NCBI GenBank assembly: GCA_046542505.1
Contig: JBKHBH010000053.1
Location: 1 to 14,049, forward strand
Source: Thermovirgaceae bacterium
Lineage (GTDB): Bacteria > Synergistota > Synergistia > Synergistales > Thermovirgaceae
Length of the DNA: 14,049 nt
Direction of reading: 5' to 3'
The notes under the pieces are model-generated. The model was not told the DNA's origin. It made no database searches and saw only the letters and a list, made by a program, of their open reading frames with translations. This document shows positions 7,809 to 14,049 of the stretch, in pieces (within the stretch, counting starts at the first letter, position 1; each line of letters opens with the position of its first letter). The translations under genes and the position numbers were made by a program.

Positions 7809-8518
7809 TGAATATCCTCCGCTTTTTCCTTTACGCCTTTCCCTGATACAACGCCTGCGGTGATCCCGACGAGAATGGCGGCAAGGAGTCCGGAATGAAG
7901 CGGGAGTGCAGGTACAAGCAGAATTGCCGCGAATGCGGCCACGAATGCGGAAATTGTACGGTCATGACCATTCAGGTGAGGAATTAAAAGGGACATGAAA
8001 ACCAGCGGGATCGCGAAGTCCAGGGAAAGTTGCGGCGGTATGAAGGTGCCGATGTTGAAACCGAGGAATATGCCTCCAACCCACACCAGAAAAATCATGC
8101 TCGAAGCGCCGAAAAAGAAAGAAGGGAGAAAAGAATTCACCGGGTTCCTTTCGGCTTCAGCCATGGTAAAAGCATAAGATTGGTCTGAAACGATGAAGGC
8201 GGCAAAAAGCCGTTCGACGAAAGATTGTTCACGTAGGATGGGGTAAAGGGAAAGACTGTACATCGAGTACCTCAGATTAATAATCAGTGCCGTTGCGATG
8301 ATGATCAGGGCGGGTGTATCCTCTGCATACATCTGGACGGATGCCAGTTGTGCCGTGCCGCCAAGCATTGAAAGGGCGAAAAACGCCCCTTGCGGGAAAG
8401 AGAGGTGGGCGCTTTTCATTGCAAAACCCAAAACGACCGCAAAGGGAATAACGCCGATCAATATGGGAATAATTGATCGCATACCATGGAAAAATTCTTT
8501 TCGATTTGCCTTTGACAT
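7805..8518 (-). CDS. azlC: AzlC-family branched-chain amino acid export permease
   Basis: FFHGMRSIIPILIGVIPF, GGTAQL, INLRYSMYSLSL, SDQSYA, LDFAIPLVF. ATG 8518 follows SD GGAGA, so the ORF-track start at 8584 is probably too long. Confidence 0.92.
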   Translation of the reverse strand: MSKANRKEFFHGMRSIIPILIGVIPFAVVLGFAMKSAHLSFPQGAFFALSMLGGTAQLASVQMYAEDTPALIIIATALIINLRYSMYSLSLYPILREQSFVERLFAAFIVSDQSYAFTMAEAERNPVNSFLPSFFFGASSMIFLVWVGGIFLGFNIGTFIPPQLSLDFAIPLVFMSLLIPHLNGHDRTISAFVAAFAAILLVPALPLHSGLLAAILVGITAGVVSGKGVKEKAEDIQ

Positions 8519-8704
8519 GGGGCATCTCTCCAGTGAAGACTGTTGCATCGTCCGGGTTTGTGCTGTGTCAAAAAGACCATACAATAAGTCTTGGCCGGTA
8601 CGGAGCTTATCTTTACAGGAAGCACGGGGTTTGGCAAGCGCAAAATATACGGCGGCTTCGTCCGGAACAAATACGGTGATATCAGACTGAAAGGAGAGAA
8701 CACC

Positions 8705-9949
8705 ATGAAAACGCGATGTTTCCTGTTGGTGCTGGCCATAGTGATGGGTATTGGGCCCTTTGCTTCAATGGCTGCAGAATCGAAAAACGCAATGGACTGT
8801 GAAACTCTTGTGGAGGGGAACAACAGATTCGCACTCGATCTTTATACGAGCCTCGCGGCAGAGGAAACATTTGAAGGGCAAAATGTTTTTCTGTCTCCCT
8901 ACAGTGTCTCTTCTGCACTGGCGATGACCTGGGCCGGATCCATGGGAGAAACGGCGGGACAAATGGAAAAGGTGCTCCGATTTCAGATGGGTTCTAAAAA
9001 AACCCACGAAGCCTTTCACGAATTCGACACCATGCTTGAAACTTTCCAGGAAGAAGAAGCTGTGGAGCTTTCTGTCGCGAATTCCATATGGCCCCAGGCG
9101 GGATACCCCCTGAAAGAGGATTATGTGAAACTTGTCAGGCAAAACTACGGGATTACCGTAACTCCGGTAGATTACAGGGGAAACGCTGAAGTCGCACGAG
9201 AAACGATAAACAGCTGGGTCGAGGGGGAGACGAATAAGAAAATTACGAACCTGATCGGGAAGAATGTACTTACGCCCTTGACTCGCCTCGTACTGGTTAA
9301 CGCCATTTATTTCAAGGGCACCTGGCTTCATCCCTTTGATGCGGAAGCTACCTGCAAGACCCCCTTTCACCTGAATCGGGAGGAAACCGTCGAAGTCCCG
9401 ATGATGCATCAGGAGGGACGGTTCAGGTACGCTGAACACAAAGGGATGCAGGCCGTCGAATTGCCTTATGGAAAGGACAATCTGTCCATGTTGGTTCTCT
9501 TGCCGGAAGAAGAAAAGGCCCTCGAGGCACTTGAAGCAGATCTTTCCGTCGAGGAACTTCAACAAATGTCACAAGCGATGGAATTACGAAAAGTACGGGT
9601 AAGCCTGCCACGATTTGAGATAACCTGGGGGACGCATTCGTTAAAGGGAGTGCTCAAGAGCCATGGAATGAAAATTCCCTTTGAAGCGGGGCAAGCTGAT
9701 TTTTCGAATATGGCCGGAGAACCCGGGGACCTTAATATTGGTGATGTCCTCCACAAGGCCTTTGTGAAGGTGAGCGAGGAGGGGACCGAAGCCGCAGCGG
9801 CTACAGCGGTAATTGTTGTGACACGGTCGGCAACATCTGAAGAAGTCGCCGTGTTTCGTGCTGACAGACCTTTCCTGTTTTTCATCAGGGAAAACAGCAC
9901 CGGTGCGATCTTGTTCATGGGGCGCTGCATGAATCCCAAAATAGCCTGA
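8705..9949 (+). CDS. Secreted serpin (serine protease inhibitor, MEROPS I4)
   Basis: NNRFALDLY, NVFLSPYSVSSALAM, ANSIW, INSWV..ET..KI, LVLVNAIYFKGTW, VPMM, LPRFEI, hinge EEGTEAAAAT and FRADRPFLFFIRE...ILFMGR..NP. N-terminal Sec signal MKTRCFLLVLAIVMGIGPFASMA. SD AAGGAG at 8691. Confidence 0.96.
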   Translation: MKTRCFLLVLAIVMGIGPFASMAAESKNAMDCETLVEGNNRFALDLYTSLAAEETFEGQNVFLSPYSVSSALAMTWAGSMGETAGQMEKVLRFQMGSKKTHEAFHEFDTMLETFQEEEAVELSVANSIWPQAGYPLKEDYVKLVRQNYGITVTPVDYRGNAEVARETINSWVEGETNKKITNLIGKNVLTPLTRLVLVNAIYFKGTWLHPFDAEATCKTPFHLNREETVEVPMMHQEGRFRYAEHKGMQAVELPYGKDNLSMLVLLPEEEKALEALEADLSVEELQQMSQAMELRKVRVSLPRFEITWGTHSLKGVLKSHGMKIPFEAGQADFSNMAGEPGDLNIGDVLHKAFVKVSEEGTEAAAATAVIVVTRSATSEEVAVFRADRPFLFFIRENSTGAILFMGRCMNPKIA

Positions 9950-9974
9950 AAAACAGGAAAACATATGCTAAAAT
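9946..9974 (+). promoter_or_regulatory. Possible extended -10 promoter for cupin/TSUP genes
   Basis: TGcTAAAAT at 9966-9974 (TGn plus 5/6 -10), with CTGAAA (9946-9951) 17 bp upstream of the -10. Confidence 0.4.
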
Positions 9975-10030
9975 ACCGGTAAGGTTTGGACTCTATGTCC
10001 CAATCATATGCCGGAAGGGGAAATGAAGTG

Positions 10031-10375
10031 ATGAAGGCGAAGCGTCTCGACGAGACACCCGTCATGGACAACACACATGGAGTGGACGCAAGGAACCTCT
10101 ACAGTACTGAAGATGCGATGGTGACGGTGATTACCCTGAAACCTGGGCAGTCGCTGAAACGCCACATCACTCCTGTTGATGTCGCTTTCTACGTCCTCGA
10201 AGGGACAGGTGTCGTGGAAATAGGAGAAGAAATGCAGAAAGTTTCAAAAGACACGCTTGTGGAAAGCCCAAAGGATATTCTGCATTGCTGGTACAACGAA
10301 AGTGACATGCCGTTGAAGTTTATGGTGATAAAGGCTCCGAGGCCGACGAAAAAGACTGTTTTCGTCGGAAACTAG
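10031..10375 (+). CDS. Cupin_2 domain protein
   Basis: Cupin motif 1 LKPGQSLKRHITPVDVAFYVLEGTG and motif 2 PKDILHCWYNES. GGAAGGGG SD at 10013-10020 supports a start at ATG 10031 or GTG 10028. Confidence 0.88.
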   Translation: MKAKRLDETPVMDNTHGVDARNLYSTEDAMVTVITLKPGQSLKRHITPVDVAFYVLEGTGVVEIGEEMQKVSKDTLVESPKDILHCWYNESDMPLKFMVIKAPRPTKKTVFVGN

Positions 10376-10386
10376 AGTGAAGGAAA

Positions 10387-10435
10387 ACAGCAAGCGGACC
10401 GGTGAAGGACGGTAGATGGCCGGCCCGCTTGCTGT
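10387..10435. repeat. 16-bp inverted repeat (15/16 match) with 17-nt loop; stem-loop between cupin and TSUP genes
   Basis: ACAGCAAGCGGACCGG (10387-10402) versus CCGGCCCGCTTGCTGT (10420-10435). Confidence 0.7.
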
Positions 10436-10490
10436 CTGGCTTAATGATCGGTGTCGGAGGCATCATGGCAGATTGAGAGGATGACAACCC

Positions 10491-11210
10491 ATGATGGTTA
10501 TGGCCATACTTTTAGTCACGTTTTTCGCCTCGGGCATAGGCACTGCGACGGGTTTCGGTACATCGACTGTTATGATTCCCATATTGAGTCTTTTCCTTCC
10601 TTTCAGGTCAGCCCTTCTTTTCGTGGGAATTATCCATCTTTTCGGCGATGTCTGGAAAATACTCCTGTTCAGAAAGGGCATGGACTGGAAGCTTTTTCTC
10701 GCATTTGGCGTTCCTGGAATAGTAGCCAGCTATATCGGGGCTTCGCTTGCTTTCCAGGCTGGAGATTTTTCCCTTAAGCGTATTCTCGGTGCCTTTTTCG
10801 TAATATATGTCGGGTTTCTTACAATAAAGCGCGATTGGCGGTTGCCCAGACGAATAGGAACGGCCATGACCGGAGGAGCTCTTTCCGGACTTTTCGCGGG
10901 GTTTTTTGGAGTCGGCGGCGCCGTTAGAGGAGCTTTTCTCTCTGCCTTTGACCTTCCCAAGGAGGTGTATATTTTTACCTCCGGCATGATAGCGCTTCTC
11001 ATCGATATCACGCGGGTTGGGCGGTATCTGTGGGGAGGAACCGGGCTTGGTGCCTCGTTTTGGCTAGCCCTTGGCATCTGTATTCCGGTTTCCTTTCTTG
11101 GTGCGTTTTTAGCGAAGAGATTTATCGAAAAACTTCCTCAGAAGCATTTCAGAAACTTTGTGGCGCTTTTCCTTGCTCTCGTGGGTTTTAGGCTGCTTTT
11201 TTGGGGCTGA
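10491..11210 (+). CDS. TauE/SafE (TSUP) family sulfite exporter-like membrane permease
   Basis: About 240 aa with about 8 TMs in a two-repeat arrangement: GTATGFG...IPILSLFLP and GALSGLFAGFFGVGGAVRGAFL. SD GAGAGG lies upstream. Confidence 0.88.
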   Translation: MMVMAILLVTFFASGIGTATGFGTSTVMIPILSLFLPFRSALLFVGIIHLFGDVWKILLFRKGMDWKLFLAFGVPGIVASYIGASLAFQAGDFSLKRILGAFFVIYVGFLTIKRDWRLPRRIGTAMTGGALSGLFAGFFGVGGAVRGAFLSAFDLPKEVYIFTSGMIALLIDITRVGRYLWGGTGLGASFWLALGICIPVSFLGAFLAKRFIEKLPQKHFRNFVALFLALVGFRLLFWG

Positions 11211-11364
11211 TTTGCCAGACTGTCAGGAACGTCGCTTTTCATTTCAGGTCATTTTAGGATACGATGCATCGTGATGGTAACGCAGGTGAAGCTTTAGGTG
11301 GTGACGCTGTCATAGCCATCTGAAACGACTGGATGATGAAACGGCTCGTAGTTGGAGGTTTCCC

Positions 11365-13515
11365 ATGAATTCAAAGCACACCCGGACGATAGCCAAAGAG
11401 CTTGAAATCAGACAGGATCAGGTCGAGGCTGTGGTGAAACTCGTTGAAAACGGCGCCTCGGTGCCATTTATCGCGAGATACCGGAAAGAAGCTACCGGAT
11501 CCCTTGAAGAAACGGTCATCAGGTCTATCCGCGACAGGACTTCTCAGCTGGAAGAGCTTGACAAGAGGCGGGAGGCTATTCTCCGCTCATTGAAGGAACG
11601 CGGTCTTTTGACGCCCGAGCTGGAAAAGTCGATTTGCTCAGCCCCCAATATGGCACGGCTTGAAGATCTGTACTTGCCCCACAGGCCGAAAAGGCGCACC
11701 AGAGCTACCGCCGCGAAGGAAAAAGGACTTGAACCTCTGGCCGATGAACTTCTCAAGGCCGCAAAAGGGCTTGCCCCGCCTTTTGCCCCCCTGGAAAAGG
11801 CGAAATTTTACGTTGATGACGAAAAGGGAGTCCCGGACGAAAAAGAGGCTCTTACGGGAGCGAGGGATATTCTCGCGGAAAAGGTGAGTGAGGATGCCGG
11901 AATCCGGTCGGCGATGCGGCTGCTTTTTGTCCGAAGGGGCAAATTCAAATCCCGGGTAGTTGAAGGAAAAGAAAGCGAAGGAGCGGTCTACTCAGATTAT
12001 TTCGAGTGGGAGGAGGCTGCAAGGCGCGTTCCATCTCACCGGATTCTTGCCCTGTTCAGGGGAGAAAAGCAGGGAATCCTCCAGATCTCAATTCTCCCGC
12101 CGGAAGATGAGGCCCTTCGGATTCTTGAGGATACCTTCATTGGTGTGGAGAATGAAGCTTCATCTCAAGCGCGGACAGCACTCAGGGATGGTTACCGAAG
12201 ACTGCTGGCTCCATCGATGGAAACGGAAATCCGCAATGCTCTTAAGCACAAGGCTGACAAAAAAGCGATAGAGATTTTTGCCGCCAACCTGGAGGATCTT
12301 CTTCTTGCCCCGCCACTTGGGAGAAAACCTGTTTTGGCCGTTGATCCTGGCATCAGGACAGGGTGCAAGTTAACTGTGCTGGATTCACAGGGCGAGCTCT
12401 TGACCGCAGAAACTATATTTCCCTTTAGCGGCCGGAAGAAACTTGACGAAGCAAGGGTAAAAGTTTCGACACTTTTTGAACAATTTCCTGTAGAAATCGT
12501 GGCCATAGGAAACGGAACAGCGGGGAGAGAGACGGAGGAATTCTTCCGTAACCTTGAATTACCGGGAGAACCAGAGGTTCTGCTGGTCAATGAAAGCGGA
12601 GCATCGGTGTATTCCGCCTCCGATGTGGCCAGAGAGGAACTGCCGGATCAGGACGTCACGGTACGAGGTGCCGTGTCGATAGGGAGGAGGTTGCAGGATC
12701 CCCTTTCGGAACTGGTAAAGATCGAACCGAAATCCATTGGTGTCGGCCAGTACCAGCACGACGTGGACCAGAAAGCCCTCAGGAGCAGACTCGACGATGT
12801 CGTCGTATCCTGCGTAAACAGGGTCGGTGTGGAGGTTAACTCCGCGAGCCGGCATCTGTTGTCCTATGTTTCCGGTATCGGGCCGACGCTGGCATCCAAC
12901 ATCGTTGAATACAGGAAAAAAGAAGGGCCCTTCAGAACGAGGCAGGATCTCCGGAAGGTCCCCAGGTTCGGGGCCAAGGCTTTCGAACAGGCAAGCGGGT
13001 TTTTGAGAATCCATGAAGGAAGCAACCCTCTTGATGCCAGCGCAGTACATCCTGATCATTACCATGTAGTCGGGTTTATGGCCGAGGACCAGGGGTGCAG
13101 CGTCAGGGAATTGATGCAGGATGAAAAATTGCGTGAGGGAATAGATATAAAGAAATATGTTGAAGGAGAGATCGGACTCCCGACTTTGAAAGACATTATG
13201 CAAGAACTCGCACGCCCCGGCCGTGATCCCAGGGATACCTTCGAAATGCCTTGCTTTGCTCCCGAAGTGAAGACTATTCAGGATATCAGGGAGGGCATGG
13301 TCCTGGAAGGTGTCGTGAATAATGTAACTGCCTTTGGAGCTTTCGTAGACATCGGTGTCCACGTGGACGGTCTCGTCCACGTGAGCCGAATGGCAGGAAA
13401 ATATGTCAAAAACCCCCATGAAATCGTCCATGCGGGTCAGAAAGTCAAGGTTCGAGTTGAGGGTGTCGAAGAGAAGCGGAGCCGGATTTCGTTGTCCATG
13501 AAGGGCCTTTCCTGA
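11365..13515 (+). CDS. tex: Tex (YhgF) transcription accessory RNA-binding protein with YqgF, HhH and S1 domains
   Basis: GASVPFIARYRKEATGSL, LEDLYLP..PKRRTRA, HRILALFRGE, VDPGIRTGCK, IGNGTAGRET, VNESGASVYSAS, RRLQDPLSELVKIEPKSIGVGQYQHDV, PGRDPR and S1 domain FGAFVDIGVHVDGLVHVS. SD GGAGG. Confidence 0.97.
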   Translation: MNSKHTRTIAKELEIRQDQVEAVVKLVENGASVPFIARYRKEATGSLEETVIRSIRDRTSQLEELDKRREAILRSLKERGLLTPELEKSICSAPNMARLEDLYLPHRPKRRTRATAAKEKGLEPLADELLKAAKGLAPPFAPLEKAKFYVDDEKGVPDEKEALTGARDILAEKVSEDAGIRSAMRLLFVRRGKFKSRVVEGKESEGAVYSDYFEWEEAARRVPSHRILALFRGEKQGILQISILPPEDEALRILEDTFIGVENEASSQARTALRDGYRRLLAPSMETEIRNALKHKADKKAIEIFAANLEDLLLAPPLGRKPVLAVDPGIRTGCKLTVLDSQGELLTAETIFPFSGRKKLDEARVKVSTLFEQFPVEIVAIGNGTAGRETEEFFRNLELPGEPEVLLVNESGASVYSASDVAREELPDQDVTVRGAVSIGRRLQDPLSELVKIEPKSIGVGQYQHDVDQKALRSRLDDVVVSCVNRVGVEVNSASRHLLSYVSGIGPTLASNIVEYRKKEGPFRTRQDLRKVPRFGAKAFEQASGFLRIHEGSNPLDASAVHPDHYHVVGFMAEDQGCSVRELMQDEKLREGIDIKKYVEGEIGLPTLKDIMQELARPGRDPRDTFEMPCFAPEVKTIQDIREGMVLEGVVNNVTAFGAFVDIGVHVDGLVHVSRMAGKYVKNPHEIVHAGQKVKVRVEGVEEKRSRISLSMKGLS

Positions 13516-13595
13516 AAACTTGTGAGCTGCACTCTGCATGTGATACCAGGAGCAGGAATTCATGCAGTGGGAACGGACGCCGGGGGAGGGTGTGG

Positions 13596-13961
13596 TCAGT
13601 AATCTTCCTCGGAGTTATTTTTCTGAAGTTCAAGCATCTCCTCCAACGAGAGGTCATCTATTCCTGCAAGGGATTCCACGTGGTGGCGGAGTTCGTGGAG
13701 AATGGTCTCCTCGATTTCATCAATCCATTCTTCACGTGGAGCGTTTTCGAGGCTCTCCTTGAAGGATCCATAATACAAAATGATCAGATTTCCTAGGCCG
13801 GGATCCTCCAGATATTCTCCCATTATAAGGTAGTCGTCTTCGCGTTTTGCCTTCGGCTCAATGATGATTCCCCCGTTGAGGGTTTCAAGAAGCCTCGGCG
13901 GAAGCGATTCGACAAACCGGTTTGCCCTGTCTGAAAACTTTCTGAGGTTCATTCCCTTCAT
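13596..13961 (-). CDS. Small zincin-like metallopeptidase-family protein (Zincin_1/DUF1025-like)
   Basis: Pattern LP..L...LNGGI, MGEY, IILYYGSF, EIEETILHELRHHVE..AG with an HExxH zinc motif. Acidic 121-aa protein. Confidence 0.8.
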   Translation of the reverse strand: MKGMNLRKFSDRANRFVESLPPRLLETLNGGIIIEPKAKREDDYLIMGEYLEDPGLGNLIILYYGSFKESLENAPREEWIDEIEETILHELRHHVESLAGIDDLSLEEMLELQKNNSEEDY

Positions 13962-13994
13962 GAAACACCCTGCCTTCTTTCCAGGACAAGTACT

Positions 13995-14049
13995 TTAGTC
14001 AAGTCCCAGAACTGCTGTAAATTCGAACCCGGTTACATATTCACCGCTA
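13995..14049 (-). CDS. Possible 3' end of an upstream minus-strand gene (unknown product)
   Basis: One minus frame reads ...SGEYVTGFEFTAVLGLD* (TAA at 13997-13995), ending 33 bp before the zincin start. It is too short to identify. Confidence 0.3.
   Translation of the reverse strand, partial: SGEYVTGFEFTAVLGLD

Noticed and set aside
10411..10453. GATGG...TAATGA resembling a fluoride riboswitch
   Set aside because: The required P1 and pseudoknot pairings are not present, and the region is explained by the larger inverted repeat.
12559..13563. 334-aa antisense ORF over tex, and other long antisense ORFs (540-1004, 904-1500, 1732-2451, 8765-9565, 9559-10074)
   Set aside because: They lie opposite well-supported genes, have no recognisable motifs, and are expected shadow ORFs.
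13534..13567. CTGCATG/CATGCAG inverted repeat between convergent tex and zincin genes as a terminator
   Set aside because: Only a 7-bp stem with a 20-nt loop and no U-tract on either strand.
14019..14031. GGTTCGAAT on the minus strand resembling a tRNA T-loop
   Set aside because: No T-stem closure, acceptor stem or cloverleaf. The sequence reads through as plausible coding sequence.
1..14049. CRISPR arrays, IS elements, integrases, rRNA
   Set aside because: No periodic direct repeats, transposase or integrase motifs, or rRNA-like tracts were seen. Nearly all of the sequence is explained by protein-coding genes.

Overview
Bacterial chromosomal window, gene-dense, mostly housekeeping and transport genes. 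No rRNA, tRNA, CRISPR array or mobile element is evident. Order: (-) ferritin-like/rubrerythrin-type protein cut by the window edge (absent from the ORF track); then divergently (+) patatin-like phospholipase, mscS, a P2-type cation ATPase and a decayed DUF2254-like membrane-protein pseudogene; (-) azlC-azlD-adenine deaminase; (+) secreted serpin, cupin, TauE/SafE (TSUP) permease and Tex; (-) small HExxH zincin-like protein. Three items stand out. (1) The P-type ATPase has intact catalytic motifs but rewired ion-binding helices: TM4 PQAL instead of PEGL, and TM6 IDLLAE. (2) A hidden pseudogene starts on the ATPase stop codon and carries two premature TGA stops, a frameshift and an apparent large internal deletion, suggesting a former mscS-ATPase-DUF2254 ion/osmotic module. 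(3) The serpin has a signal peptide, an inhibitory hinge and a predicted Arg-Ser P1-P1' bond. Family assignments come from motif recognition by eye; no searches were run.
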